DNA of 64,000 nucleotides from Candidatus Bathyarchaeia archaeon (GTDB lineage Archaea > Thermoproteota > Bathyarchaeia > Bathyarchaeales > Bathycorpusculaceae), in the NCBI GenBank assembly GCA_049515895.1, contig JBEKTQ010000013.1, positions 1 to 64,000 on the forward strand, written 5' to 3'. Below the pieces are notes generated by a model, which had not been told where the DNA came from, ran no database searches, and was given only the letters and a program-made list of their open reading frames with translations. Positions 19,083 through 29,645 of this stretch are shown piece after piece. Position 1 is the stretch's first letter. Each line of letters begins with the position of its first letter. The position numbers and the translations under genes are program-made.

Positions 19083-19646
19083 TTGAAAAGGATGATGGAG
19101 TTTAGGTGGCACGGTAGGGGCGGCCAAGGAGCATGGACAGCCAGCGAACTTTTGGCGAGAACAGCTCTTGACGAAGGCAAATACATACAATCGTTCCCTG
19201 AATTTGGGCCTGAACGAATGGGCGCCCCAGTCACGGCTTTTACAAGAATAAGCTATGACCCGATAAGGTTACACTGCGCAATTTACGAGCCAGACGTTGT
19301 TGTAGTATTGGATAACACCCTGCTGAAGTCTGTTCCAGTGACAGCCGGGCTAAACCGCGACGACAACGTTCTTATTATTAACTCCACCGAGGAACCAAGC
19401 GTCCTGAGAGAAGAACTTAAGGTAACGAAAGGCAAGGTTTGGACGATTCCAGCAACCGAAATTGCCCTAAGAATCTTGGGGGCACCAATAACCAACACGG
19501 CGCTTCTTGGCTGCGTTGCCAAAGCAACTGAAATCGTGACTTTAGAGGGCATATCGAAAACGTTGAAGGGGCGTTTCAGGGCAGATTTGGCAGAGAAAAA
19601 CTTTGCGGTGGTTAACGAGGCGTACAAGGAGGCAAAAAGTGAATGA
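19083..19646 (+). CDS. porC: Pyruvate/2-oxoacid:ferredoxin oxidoreductase gamma subunit
   Basis: EFRWHGRGGQG, FPEFGPERMGAPV. Confidence 0.92.
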   Translation: MKRMMEFRWHGRGGQGAWTASELLARTALDEGKYIQSFPEFGPERMGAPVTAFTRISYDPIRLHCAIYEPDVVVVLDNTLLKSVPVTAGLNRDDNVLIINSTEEPSVLREELKVTKGKVWTIPATEIALRILGAPITNTALLGCVAKATEIVTLEGISKTLKGRFRADLAEKNFAVVNEAYKEAKSE

Positions 19647-19945
19647 GCAGCAAAGAGAAAAGCTGGAAAGAAGTCTCCATCGCAGCCGTATGCTCGAAAT
19701 CGAGCATCGGCTTCTTAACAGGCGACTGGAAAACCTACTTCCCAGTCAGAGACATAGAAAAATGCACCAGATGCTTAACCTGTGTGATGTTTTGCCCTGA
19801 AGGTGCAATCAAATGGCGCCCAGAAGCAAGCGACATCTGGTTCGACTTCAGTTTCTGCAAAGGCTGCGGAATATGCGCCAACGAGTGCCCCACCAAAGCG
19901 ATAACAATGAAGTTGCCACGACAAGACGAGGGAAAAGGACAATGA
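19643..19945 (+). CDS. porD: Pyruvate/2-oxoacid:ferredoxin oxidoreductase delta subunit
   Basis: TGDWKT, two CxxCxxCxxxCP ferredoxin motifs. Confidence 0.92.
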   Translation: MSSKEKSWKEVSIAAVCSKSSIGFLTGDWKTYFPVRDIEKCTRCLTCVMFCPEGAIKWRPEASDIWFDFSFCKGCGICANECPTKAITMKLPRQDEGKGQ

Positions 19946-21174
19946 AGGAACAGCAAAAACAGGAAACCATTCCTTTAAACGGCGACGAAGCAGTCGCTTT
20001 GGCAGCCAAACAATGCGACGTCGACGTTGTCGCCGCCTACCCAATTACGCCCCAAACAATCATTGTTGAAAAATTCAGCGAGTACGTCGCAAACGGCGAA
20101 GTCCAAACAGAGTTCATGTGCACTGAGTCGGAACACAGCGCTATGACCGCTTGCCTCGCTGCAGCAGCAACTGGAGCACGAACATTCACAGCCAGCGCTT
20201 CAGCGGGCTTAGCGTTGATGCATGAAATGCTTTTTGTCACTTCAGGCTTCAGGGCGCCGGTTGTGATGGCGGTTGCTAACAGAGCCCTGTCCGCGCCGTT
20301 GAACATTCACGGCGACCAATCAGACAGTATGGCTGAACGCGATAGCGGATGGATTCAACTTTACGTGGAAAACGCTCAGGAAGCCTACGACAGCATCATT
20401 CAAGCATTCAAGATAGGGGAGGATACTGGAGTTTCGTTGCCGGTAATTGTGGGTTTAGATGGGTTTACTATTAGTCATACGCTTGAAAACGTAACCGTGC
20501 TTGGAGATGAGGCAGTAAAGCAGTTTGTTGGAGAACGCCAATTGCCAAACGTGCTTACGCATGAGGGAAAAACGGTACCTTTCAAGCTTGACCCAGACAA
20601 CCCTATGACGATGGGGCCTAACGCGTTGCCCAACTATTATTTCGAGTTTAAGAGGCAGCAGGAAGAGGGTATGAGAAACGCCATGAAGAAGATACAGGAG
20701 GTCAACGCCGAATACGCTATGTTGAGTGGCAGAAGCTACGGCGACGGGCTCGTGGACAAATACAATATTGACGACGCTGAAATCGCAATTGTCGTGATCG
20801 GTTCAACAGCTGGAACACTAAAAGTGATAGTTGACCAGCTACGCCAAGAAGGCGTAAAAGCGGGCGTTCTGCGACTGCGCACTTTCAGACCGTTCCCAGT
20901 CGAACAACTTCGAAACGCCCTTAAAAGTGTCAAAACCGTGGCAGTTATGGACAAAGCCATGAGCTTCGGCGGCTTCGGCGGCGCCCTATTCAACGAAATT
21001 CGAAACGCACTCTACGACGCGAAAGAGCACCCAACCATAATCAACTACATTTTCGGGTTAGGCGGAAGAGACACAAATCCGCGTGAGCTGCGAAAAATCT
21101 ATGATGACCTAATGCAGATCAACAAGATCGGGAAGGTGGAAACCCCTGTGCGTTTCTTGGGGCTTAGGGAGTAA
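19942..21174 (+). CDS. porA: Pyruvate/2-oxoacid:ferredoxin oxidoreductase alpha subunit
   Basis: AAYPITPQT, ESEHSA, ANRALSAP, FGLGGRD. Confidence 0.93.
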   Translation: MKEQQKQETIPLNGDEAVALAAKQCDVDVVAAYPITPQTIIVEKFSEYVANGEVQTEFMCTESEHSAMTACLAAAATGARTFTASASAGLALMHEMLFVTSGFRAPVVMAVANRALSAPLNIHGDQSDSMAERDSGWIQLYVENAQEAYDSIIQAFKIGEDTGVSLPVIVGLDGFTISHTLENVTVLGDEAVKQFVGERQLPNVLTHEGKTVPFKLDPDNPMTMGPNALPNYYFEFKRQQEEGMRNAMKKIQEVNAEYAMLSGRSYGDGLVDKYNIDDAEIAIVVIGSTAGTLKVIVDQLRQEGVKAGVLRLRTFRPFPVEQLRNALKSVKTVAVMDKAMSFGGFGGALFNEIRNALYDAKEHPTIINYIFGLGGRDTNPRELRKIYDDLMQINKIGKVETPVRFLGLRE

Positions 21175-21190
21175 TTGGAGGAGAAAAAAG

Positions 21191-22156
21191 TTGACAACAC
21201 AAGAATGGAAATTCACAGCAAAAGATATTGCGTCCAAACCAGACCTGTTCCTTTCAGGGCACCGAGCGTGCGCAGGCTGCGGACCAGCATCAACTCTTAG
21301 GCTTATCATGAAAGCTACGCGAGGACCCACAATTGTGACTCAAGCAACAGGCTGCATGGAAATTGTCGGATCAATCTACCCCTACACATCTTGGGCGTTG
21401 CCTTGGCTTCACACAGCTTTCGAGAACGCCGCTGCGAATGCTTCAGGCATCGATGCCGCTTTGAAAATAATGCGCAAGAAAGGCAAAATCAAACAGGAAC
21501 ATATTGACATTATTGCCATAGCGGGCGATGGGGGAACATATGATATTGGCTTGCAAGCCTTGTCAGGTGCCGTTGAACGAGGACATGACTTCCTCTTTAT
21601 ACTCTACGACAACGAAGGCTACATGAACACGGGCATACAGAGAAGCAGTTCCACGCCACCAGGGGCAGCGACTACAACCACTCCAGCCGGCAAAGTGTTG
21701 CCTGGTAAGCTTGAAAAGAAAAAACCAATCACCGAAATCATGCTCGCCCATGACATGCCCTACGTTGCAACTGCAACCTCCTACTACTGGAAAGACATGT
21801 TGACCAAGGTCCGCAAAGGCTTAGAAGTTGACGGCCCAGCATTTCTACATGTTTTCGCTCCGTGCCCAAGAGGTTGGCGTACAGAACCAGGCAAAACAAT
21901 GGAATACTCAAAACTGTCAGTTGAAACATGCGTGTTCCCCCTTTGGGAAGCGGTGAACGGCAAACGGCAACTCTCAACGCCTAGCAAACTCATCCAACTT
22001 GCGCCCCAAAAGAAAAAGCCAGTCAAAGATTACCTTGCTGGGCAAGGCAGATTCAGACACCTCTTCACACCGCAGAACCAACACATCATAGATGAAATGC
22101 AACGTTTTACCGATGAAAACTGGCAAAGGATAAATCAAAAATGCGAGCCAGCCTAA
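21191..22156 (+). CDS. porB: Pyruvate/2-oxoacid:ferredoxin oxidoreductase beta subunit
   Basis: GHRACAGC, TPP motif GDGGTYDIG...DNEGYMNTG, PCPRGW. Confidence 0.93.
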   Translation: MTTQEWKFTAKDIASKPDLFLSGHRACAGCGPASTLRLIMKATRGPTIVTQATGCMEIVGSIYPYTSWALPWLHTAFENAAANASGIDAALKIMRKKGKIKQEHIDIIAIAGDGGTYDIGLQALSGAVERGHDFLFILYDNEGYMNTGIQRSSSTPPGAATTTTPAGKVLPGKLEKKKPITEIMLAHDMPYVATATSYYWKDMLTKVRKGLEVDGPAFLHVFAPCPRGWRTEPGKTMEYSKLSVETCVFPLWEAVNGKRQLSTPSKLIQLAPQKKKPVKDYLAGQGRFRHLFTPQNQHIIDEMQRFTDENWQRINQKCEPA

Positions 22157-22246
22157 ACCGCCTCTTTCATTTCGCCAATCTAGAAATGACCTCATTTTCT
22201 TTTTTCGCTTCTTCTCAGGGATAAAGAAATCAAAAGAAACGGCAAA

Positions 22247-23482
22247 TTACTTAGTACCATTGTTTTCTGGAAGGATTTTCAGTATGCGCAGGATTTTTTT
22301 GAATTCTTCCTCTTTAAGCGATGCTCTTCTTCCGGTAGCGTAGATATCTTTGACACGCTCGACCACCGTGGCTACCGTCTGGTCATCAGGCTCCGTTCCC
22401 GCAAGCTCGCATATCTTGTGTTTGATTATGCCCTTCCCTGACTGCTTCCCTATGGTTAGGCGCCGCTCGTTACCGACAAGTTCAGGCGGGTAAGGTTCGT
22501 ACGTCCAAGGGTCATTCAAGACACCATGGGTGTGAATCCCTGATTCATGAGCGAAGCCGTAGTCTCCAACGATTGCCTTGTTCGGTGGAACCACATAGCC
22601 TGTTGCTTTGCCAATATAGTCGGCTGTAGCCTTGAGTTTCTGGGTTTTACCCGCAAACTTTTTGACGTCATGATGCAAGTAAAGGTTCAAAAGTACTTTT
22701 TCGGTTTCAGCGTTTCCAGCTCGTTCACCGATGCCTAAGTAGGTCGTGCTTACATAGATTTTTTCCCATACCCCTGAAGCTGCCTTAACCGCCGCCATGG
22801 TGTTTTCAACCGCGTTTCCGAAGTCGTCGTGGGCGTGGATTTCTATAGCATCGATTCGGGTTTCCTTTTTGATAGCGACTACTTTGGCTGGAACGCCGTT
22901 AGGCAGAGGCGCTGAGGGATCTGATAACCCAATGCCGACAGTGTCGCATATTCGGTAGCATTCGGCTCCTGCTTCAGCGACGGCGTTGATCAATTTTTTC
23001 TCGAAATCCCAGTCTGCCCTTGTGCTGTCTTCGCCGTGAACGAACGTGCGCAGCCCGCAAGTTTTAGCCGCGTACTCAACAACGTTGACTATGTGGGCCA
23101 GAATTTGTTCTCTGGTTTTTTCAGGCCACTTAGCTCTAAAATGCAAGTCTGAAACAGGGTGGGAGATGCCCACTTCTCTGAATCCGCATGCAACTGCACT
23201 GTCAATGTCTTCTTTTAGAGCTCTGCACCAGCCAGCGACGCGCAGGTTGAGGTTTAAGTCTGAGATGAGTTTTACAGCTTTCTTGTCCGGCTCTTGGTAG
23301 TGGAAGAGCTCGATACGTTCGACGCCAACATCGGCCAGAAACTGGGCTATTTTTGCGGAGTCTCTGGGTCCGGCTGCTAAGCCAGGCATTTGGATTCCGT
23401 CTCGGAGCGTTGTGTCGTCTATTATGGGCTCCGTTTTTAGAGGCATCTTGAAATAGTAATCTTGTAAATCCATGTTTTTCAC
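22247..23482 (-). CDS. DRE-TIM metallolyase (homocitrate/isopropylmalate/Re-citrate synthase family, no regulatory domain)
   Basis: DDTTLRDGIQ, HAHDDFG, GIGERAGN, FAHESGIH. Confidence 0.85.
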   Translation of the reverse strand: MKNMDLQDYYFKMPLKTEPIIDDTTLRDGIQMPGLAAGPRDSAKIAQFLADVGVERIELFHYQEPDKKAVKLISDLNLNLRVAGWCRALKEDIDSAVACGFREVGISHPVSDLHFRAKWPEKTREQILAHIVNVVEYAAKTCGLRTFVHGEDSTRADWDFEKKLINAVAEAGAECYRICDTVGIGLSDPSAPLPNGVPAKVVAIKKETRIDAIEIHAHDDFGNAVENTMAAVKAASGVWEKIYVSTTYLGIGERAGNAETEKVLLNLYLHHDVKKFAGKTQKLKATADYIGKATGYVVPPNKAIVGDYGFAHESGIHTHGVLNDPWTYEPYPPELVGNERRLTIGKQSGKGIIKHKICELAGTEPDDQTVATVVERVKDIYATGRRASLKEEEFKKILRILKILPENNGTK

Positions 23483-23661
23483 TAACTTTGTTTTGTTTAC
23501 GCTTCTCCCACAAGAGTTGTGTAATGATAATTATACGTTTACATGCTGTTGATAAACATTTCTGCAACTATTTTGCATATTTGTTCAAGAAAATATGCGA
23601 CATATAATCAAAATGTATTGTCTAAAGTAAAGAAAAACTTTACATATAAATATTGCAGAAA

Positions 23662-23976
23662 TCATTTTGCTCTCGAATAAAGCCCCTTAAGGGTGCCTGA
23701 AACGGATAGAACCTGCATCGACGCTTCCTTCTCCAAGATGACTGTAATCGTTGCTAGAGACGCCCTCACCATGTTCAGGGAAGCAAGTGAAACCCGAATA
23801 ACCGCTACCCTCCGTTCCGCATCAAACTTAATCAGAGCTAAGCCTGTTTGGCTTGCGCCGACTTCGCCATAAAGCCGTGTCACTGCAGCCCAAACCGCAT
23901 CGACAAATTCGCGTTCAGTCGGCAACGCTTCTCGTTGCACCTGCACCGCCAAGTACCTTCGCTTAATCCGTTTCAT
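23662..23976 (-). CDS. rnp2: RNase P protein Pop5/Rpp14
   Basis: KRRYL ... VSGTLK; operon context. Confidence 0.88.
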   Translation of the reverse strand: MKRIKRRYLAVQVQREALPTEREFVDAVWAAVTRLYGEVGASQTGLALIKFDAERRVAVIRVSLASLNMVRASLATITVILEKEASMQVLSVSGTLKGLYSRAK

Positions 23977-24704
23977 GCCTTACCCTCCTTTATGACGCTG
24001 ATACCGGGTGCAACAAAGCGGCTGCCAAGTTTCTTACGGTTACGAGTAACGATTGCCGTAGGATTGGTTGAAACCGCGTCAAGGGCGAAGGCTTCATCCA
24101 AATCTAACAGGTAAGCTAAACTAGCCAAGTCCTTGGGCGAACGCATAAACCGTTCCTCGCCGACGCCACTGGAAAGTATCAATGGCACACCAAACTCCCG
24201 CGCTACGCCGACTTCCCGACGCAGGCTCATAAGCAGCCGAACCCGTGGTGGGCCTTCTAAAATTAGGAGAGGCTTTACATCAACTTCCAAAGCGGCCAAG
24301 CATCCGCTTGCCAACTCGGCTTCGGCGCGGTCAAAGAAGCGTTTACGGTAGTCAAGGCTGCTGAAATTTAGGAGGTCAACTCGCCTGTCCTTTGCTGCCT
24401 GCCGGGCGACTTCTTTGTTGTCGCATAAAATGCAGATAACTTCAAATTGGCGCCTGAATCTGCGCAGGAAATGCGTCAACTCCATTTCAGACCGCGGGTA
24501 AAAATCAGCGCGTGAAACTAAATCAACGCTTGAATCGCGGCACATTGCCTTGAGCTTGGCATATTCCTCTTCGTTTAGTCTCGACGTGGATGCAAAGGCT
24601 ATCTGAGTGTACCCGAGGCTTGCAGCTCTGATTATTACCCTTTGGGTCGCCTTTTGATCTTTAAGGTTGGCGCGTAAATGCAAGTCTGCGAAGCATCGTG
24701 TCAC
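23973..24704 (-). CDS. rnp3: RNase P protein Rpp30
   Basis: FADLHL, RQAAKDRRVDLL, LILSSG...RSPKDL. Confidence 0.88.
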   Translation of the reverse strand: MTRCFADLHLRANLKDQKATQRVIIRAASLGYTQIAFASTSRLNEEEYAKLKAMCRDSSVDLVSRADFYPRSEMELTHFLRRFRRQFEVICILCDNKEVARQAAKDRRVDLLNFSSLDYRKRFFDRAEAELASGCLAALEVDVKPLLILEGPPRVRLLMSLRREVGVAREFGVPLILSSGVGEERFMRSPKDLASLAYLLDLDEAFALDAVSTNPTAIVTRNRKKLGSRFVAPGISVIKEGKA

Positions 24705-25147
24705 GGCAATATCCTCGAAGACTTGCATAATTCAGCTATTTGCTCAGAAGATTTGTTCTTGAAATGAATCTTGACGTGAATCGGGTCGTTTTGCGTAAAC
24801 TTGAGTTGCCCCAAAAACGCGGATTGTTTGTCGAAACGAAGATACAGGTTGCCTCTTTCCAAATGCAACCCTAAATCAGTGTATAATTGTTCTTTATCCA
24901 AGGAGCTTAAGCCGGCCCCGATTTTTTCCAGCATCTTAGGAAGCAGCTTCTTGTCTGTCATCCTGGCTGTTAAAAGGGTTATGGGGTTCCCATGGTGCCC
25001 CGTTAAATTGATTGCTTCAAAAAGAATGGTTTGAGCCAGCTCGTCCGGCAATAAATTTCGTACCGCTGTCTGAACTTTCTGGGGGTCTTCCGTTGCGTGC
25101 GTGAATACTCGAATATCCAGATATTCTATCGGCGGTTTAGAAGACAT
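24701..25147 (-). CDS. DUF54 RNA-binding protein (exosome superoperon)
   Basis: HATEDPQKV, GHHGNPI, LYLRFDKQ. Confidence 0.85.
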   Translation of the reverse strand: MSSKPPIEYLDIRVFTHATEDPQKVQTAVRNLLPDELAQTILFEAINLTGHHGNPITLLTARMTDKKLLPKMLEKIGAGLSSLDKEQLYTDLGLHLERGNLYLRFDKQSAFLGQLKFTQNDPIHVKIHFKNKSSEQIAELCKSSRILP

Positions 25148-25173
25148 TGGACACCGGTTGTGTTTTCGGGCTT

Positions 25174-25449
25174 CTAGCTTTTAGCTTTTTTCTTCGGCTT
25201 CTTTGCAGTGGGCTGCGTTTCGGTTTTTGGTGTTTTAGGTTTCGCTTCGGCTTTTGCTTTTTCAGCGTGCAGTTTTAGGGTTTCAACGTTTTCGTCATGT
25301 GCTGATTTGCGTTTAAGGTCAAGCGGTATTCCTATTTTCTTGGCGTCTTGTTTGGTTAAACATGCTTTGTGCAGTTCGCTGAGACTGAATCCTCTGCTTG
25401 CGCTTTTTTTGCCGTTGCGTTTTGTTATGGTCGCTATGATTTGATGCAT
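25174..25449 (-). CDS. rpl13e: Ribosomal protein eL13
   Basis: RGFSLSEL...AKKIGIPLDLKRKSAHDENV. Confidence 0.88.
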   Translation of the reverse strand: MHQIIATITKRNGKKSASRGFSLSELHKACLTKQDAKKIGIPLDLKRKSAHDENVETLKLHAEKAKAEAKPKTPKTETQPTAKKPKKKAKS

Positions 25450-25453
25450 CTTT

Positions 25454-26047
25454 TTACCACCTTTGTACGTCTTTGTGTCTGGCGCCTCTCTGGTGGCTTG
25501 GTCGTGCTTTCTCTGCCCCTCTTCCGCGGTGCCTTAAGCCTCTGACGTTTTTGCCAGCGCTTGTTAAGCTTCTGTAGACTCTTCCATTGTGCTGTTTCTC
25601 CGTTATCCAGTTGATGTCTTTGTCAGATTTTATTACCGGACTGCTTGGGTCAAGCAGGATTACTTCGAACCATTTGTGTTTTCCGTCTTCACCAACCCAG
25701 TAGCTGTTTAGGACTTCCAAATTGGGAAACTTTTTTGCCGTGCGTTCTTCAGCTATGAGCCTGATGCTTTTGCCTGCTTTGAATTTGGCGACACCCATGC
25801 GTTTGGGTCGCCTACCTGAGCGTGGACGCAATTTTCGCAATCCACCTCTTCGCACTCTCGTGCGTGCTAAAACGAAGCCTTGTTTGGCTTTGTAGCCTAG
25901 TTTGCGAGCTTTATCAAGCCTTGTCGGGTGTTCGATGCGTAGGGTAACTGGTTGCTTGCGCCATTGCACCATGCGTTGTCTGTTGAGCTCTTTGACAAAA
26001 GAGTCTTCCCGGTCTGCCCATTCCTGAGCTATGTACTTGTATGCCAT
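25454..26047 (-). CDS. rpl15e: Ribosomal protein eL15
   Basis: [32 protein letters not shown]. Confidence 0.97.
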   Translation of the reverse strand: MAYKYIAQEWADREDSFVKELNRQRMVQWRKQPVTLRIEHPTRLDKARKLGYKAKQGFVLARTRVRRGGLRKLRPRSGRRPKRMGVAKFKAGKSIRLIAEERTAKKFPNLEVLNSYWVGEDGKHKWFEVILLDPSSPVIKSDKDINWITEKQHNGRVYRSLTSAGKNVRGLRHRGRGAEKARPSHQRGARHKDVQRW

Positions 26048-26344
26048 TTTTCATTTTTCCTCCATGTTGTTTATGCTTACGGTTCAGTCCACAAGGGACC
26101 ACATCCCAACGGATAATGATTATCCGCCAGCAAGTTCCCAACAATAAAGGATGCAACAAAATAAACCTTTCCAGCCAAACGGCAGGGATAACTGAGATTC
26201 TTGTGAATTGGCGGGTTTTCTGCAGGTTCCTTAAGAGAATTTAATTTAAGAGAGAGAATTATTATTTTTCGATTAAGGTTTTAAGTTGCACCCTCTTGTT
26301 TTTCTCAAGTTTTTCTCTTTTTTCCTGTTGAGCCTGAGTTGACC

Positions 26345-26392
26345 TGGTGGAAAAATCAGAGAATTTGTTGTTTGCGTTTTGGGTTGCTTTTT
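26345..26392. repeat. Dispersed intergenic repeat, copy 2
   Basis: Same orientation as 16736-16784; identical 20-bp core tttgcgttttgggttgcttt. Confidence 0.7.
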
Positions 26393-26524
26393 TGGTTTGG
26401 GGTTTGACAAGGTATTCGTTTATTTTTGGTTTAAATTTATTTGCGGTTATACATTTTTCGAAAGCGAGTTACATCATAGGAACGCTCAACAGCAAATCTT
26501 AAAGGGATTCAGAAACAAGAGACT

Positions 26525-27481
26525 TTGGTGAAAAAGAGTTTGTTCCATTCTGCGGTAGAGGCATCTCAAAAATCATGGTTTTTCTTCGAACCCTTTACTT
26601 TAACTTCAACTTACAAGAATTTTCAAAAACAATTCATAACTGCATATTCCAAATACGACTACACAGTGGAACGCTACAGAAAGCTAACTGGACGGAGCAT
26701 ATACCCCATTACAACAGAGTATCTGGAAGAGCACCCTGAAGTAGCTGAAGAAAATGTTGCACTATTAAAAAACGCCATTGAACTATGGAGAAGCGCAGCT
26801 CAAACAACCGACGCAATCGCTCCAATATTGTTTCACTATTCTTGGCACTGCTTCAACTCCTTTTTTGCGTATACTTTTTTCAGATGGGAACCTCAACATA
26901 GCAACTCTCATGGTCTCTGCGTTCAAAATTTTACGGACAACATAGCAGAAATAAAAATTAACGTCTTAAAAGACGGTCTTTTTCATCGATTAGTGGACGC
27001 ATGGACGTGTATTGGAACATCGTCTGCTTTCTCGGCATATTTACCTTTTTTTGATGGAAACAACATTGAATTTACGCCTAACCAACTTTACCTTTTCCAG
27101 AAGTCAAATTGCCTCACGCTTAGCCAATTGCTAAACTTTAATCCAGTTGAGGATTACGAGAACAAATATTGGAAAACCTACGGCAGAGAAAAACTATTGC
27201 AAAACACTTCTTTGAGTAATTCAATGAATGCTCCTACACGAATTTTGGAGAACTATTTGACCTTGTTTATTGCATCCTCTATTTCGAGATATCGTCCAAT
27301 TCTTTGGTCGTCAATCCTGTTGGGAAATACTGATGACAAAGCGGCTTTCTCAATGGCTTATCGAGATTCCTTAATGATGTACGCGTATTTTGACGTCGAC
27401 TCTTTGAGCTTTCTAAATCAGCTAAGTAGTCTAATGAAAGATTTGCTGAAAGGAAAATTCGAGCTTAAAAAATTGCCTTGA
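26525..27481 (+). CDS. YaaC-like protein
   Basis: PILFHYS ... SHGL ... SSISRYRPILW pattern; AT-rich. Confidence 0.6.
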   Translation: MVKKSLFHSAVEASQKSWFFFEPFTLTSTYKNFQKQFITAYSKYDYTVERYRKLTGRSIYPITTEYLEEHPEVAEENVALLKNAIELWRSAAQTTDAIAPILFHYSWHCFNSFFAYTFFRWEPQHSNSHGLCVQNFTDNIAEIKINVLKDGLFHRLVDAWTCIGTSSAFSAYLPFFDGNNIEFTPNQLYLFQKSNCLTLSQLLNFNPVEDYENKYWKTYGREKLLQNTSLSNSMNAPTRILENYLTLFIASSISRYRPILWSSILLGNTDDKAAFSMAYRDSLMMYAYFDVDSLSFLNQLSSLMKDLLKGKFELKKLP

Positions 27482-27551
27482 ATGCCCTATGTGTGGTCCG
27501 AAAGCTTGAGTAAATCAGTTTTTGTCTTGTGGTCTTATCTTTTTTCTTATT

Positions 27552-28127
27552 TTAGAATAAAATCATCTGTCCTTGGTAGGTAAATGTCCTTTGCAATGCC
27601 GGATGAGGTAATAAGCAGTGAACATTGGCTGAGGCTTGAACTGACCAAGAATAAGCAAAAAAGCCTGAAGCTCTTTGAGTCCAGTGCACTATTGGAGTTG
27701 GATCTTTGAGGGTGGCAGAAATGATTGTGCTACTGTGTCCTTGTACCTTCACGTTCGAGATTGTGGTGCTTCCTAAGTAGTAGTTCACGTTGTCTGTGTT
27801 TATGTTAGTGATTCTTGCAGACAGCTTTAGGTTCAAGGTCAAGTCTTTGTTTCCTGTATTTGTTATGTTAAGGTAGCCGTATCCAAAGTTTAGCGTAGAG
27901 TTTCCTGTGCTAAATGTGATGAGTGAAGGAGTAGTTGGGGTTGATTCCTGAGAAGTAACCTCTTTTATGCTTATGTTGTTAAGTGCATGTGTCACCGGAA
28001 GCGTGTTGACATCAAGATACAGCATTACCGAAAAAGCAATGATGATGACAAGGATAGCTGTGACTGCATACTTGTATTGTCTCTTTGTTGACTTTTGCGG
28101 TAGAGTGGAGTCTGAGTTATGAGGCAC
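27552..28127 (-). CDS. Hypothetical membrane-anchored protein
   Basis: N-terminal TM helix, beta-rich ectodomain. Confidence 0.6.
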   Translation of the reverse strand: MPHNSDSTLPQKSTKRQYKYAVTAILVIIIAFSVMLYLDVNTLPVTHALNNISIKEVTSQESTPTTPSLITFSTGNSTLNFGYGYLNITNTGNKDLTLNLKLSARITNINTDNVNYYLGSTTISNVKVQGHSSTIISATLKDPTPIVHWTQRASGFFAYSWSVQASANVHCLLPHPALQRTFTYQGQMILF

Positions 28128-28295
28128 TTAGGGTCACTTTGCTTTTAGATTGTTCTTCTTGGACTTTTTAATCTATCTTTTAGAACAATGAAAAGGTCTC
28201 AGCGCTACTTCCGCTTGAGTGCCCTATGTGTGGAAGAAAACCTTAAAACTCTTGAAGAATTGTTCCATGCTTGCAATCAAGCAAAACGGTTTTGG

Positions 28296-29645
28296 TCAGG
28301 TTTTTTGGGCTATTGAAATTTTTTGTAAGTTTGTTTTGGGTTTCTTTCCTGCCACAACAAGGAAAACCAATATAATTATCAAAACTGTTACTGCAGCGAT
28401 CCTTATTACTATGATTATAGTTTGTATCTGTTCCCAAAACGTAACCGATGGCAACGGCAATGACGTGACAATTGGCTTGAGAGCCAAACAAGCGCCCGGT
28501 CCAATATTATCTGGGGAAAGGGTTGTTACGTAACCTGCGCCAACGTAAACTGTTCCCTTTTCAACTGTACATGTCTCACCTGTATATGCAAGTGAGTAGC
28601 TCCAAAGCTCCCTACCCTTGAAGGCTTCAATGGCGTAAAGATTGTGCACGGTGGAAGAAGCAAAAAACTCGGGTCCACTCCATCCCACGTAAACTATTCC
28701 GTTCGCGTACGTTGGGTCAGTGCCGGCGCTGGCTATGAATTTCCACATCAATGCCCCATTAACTGCGTTAAAGCAGTAAACGCCAGTGGAAGAGCCCACA
28801 AAAAGATAGTGGTTAACAACCGAGACAGAACCCAAGCTCGACCCCACTGAACGATGCCAGATTATGCTTCCGTCTGAGCCACGAAAGGCATAGAGGCTGC
28901 CACCGCTAGAGCTAACATAAAGATTCTGGGCGTCAGCCGCAAAAGAACTAATCTGACCTGCCATTGAACTATTCCATAATTGTTCGCCAGTCAAAGCGTC
29001 AAATGCGTAAATGAAGCTGTTCGTATAACTAGGACCGTAGGTATGTACATAGATATTTCCGCCTGCCACAAGCAGATTGTCAGAGAAACTAGGACCCGCA
29101 GCACCTATGTAACCCCATATTTTCGTTCCAGTGGAACTGTTAAGCGCCAAAACAAATCCACCGCTGAAGCCGCTTATAGGATTGATTTGGCTACCGTCGA
29201 CATAGACGGTACCTCCAACTACAACGGGAATGCCGAAACTTATTCCGTAAGTATAATTCCACATTTGAGCTCCGTCGGAGTCGCTTAAGCAGGCGATAGC
29301 CCCTCCTTCGCCAGCGTAGACATATCCGTTTGCCGCTGTGAAGGATGAATATCCATTCAGAATGGTTTGACTCCACACCTGTTCTCCCGTGGAACCTTTA
29401 AGGCAGTAAAGAGTTCCGGGAGGAGGTCCATCTCCATTAGCGGAAAAATAAACAAAGCCGTCCACCGCTATGGGGGTACTTATCGTTCCTTGGTAGCTTA
29501 CAGGCGGCGTGAAGCTCCAGAGTTGAGATACCAATAAGCTGTTCCAGACTGGAGAAATTGTTGGAGTGGCAGGCTCAAGTATTACAAGACCAATGATGAA
29601 TGTTAGAGCAAGCGCTGCAGCCAGCTTCTTCGACACGATGTCCAT
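28296..29645 (-). CDS. PQQ-binding-like beta-propeller surface protein
   Basis: Repeated LYCL..STGEQVW / AFDALTGEQLW units, signal peptide, C-terminal TM. Confidence 0.85.
   Translation of the reverse strand: MDIVSKKLAAALALTFIIGLVILEPATPTISPVWNSLLVSQLWSFTPPVSYQGTISTPIAVDGFVYFSANGDGPPPGTLYCLKGSTGEQVWSQTILNGYSSFTAANGYVYAGEGGAIACLSDSDGAQMWNYTYGISFGIPVVVGGTVYVDGSQINPISGFSGGFVLALNSSTGTKIWGYIGAAGPSFSDNLLVAGGNIYVHTYGPSYTNSFIYAFDALTGEQLWNSSMAGQISSFAADAQNLYVSSSGGSLYAFRGSDGSIIWHRSVGSSLGSVSVVNHYLFVGSSTGVYCFNAVNGALMWKFIASAGTDPTYANGIVYVGWSGPEFFASSTVHNLYAIEAFKGRELWSYSLAYTGETCTVEKGTVYVGAGYVTTLSPDNIGPGACLALKPIVTSLPLPSVTFWEQIQTIIIVIRIAAVTVLIIILVFLVVAGKKPKTNLQKISIAQKT

Noticed and set aside
29124-29136. ORB-like sequence gttccagtggaa
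   Set aside because: Single copy inside a coding region, with no cdc6/orc1 nearby
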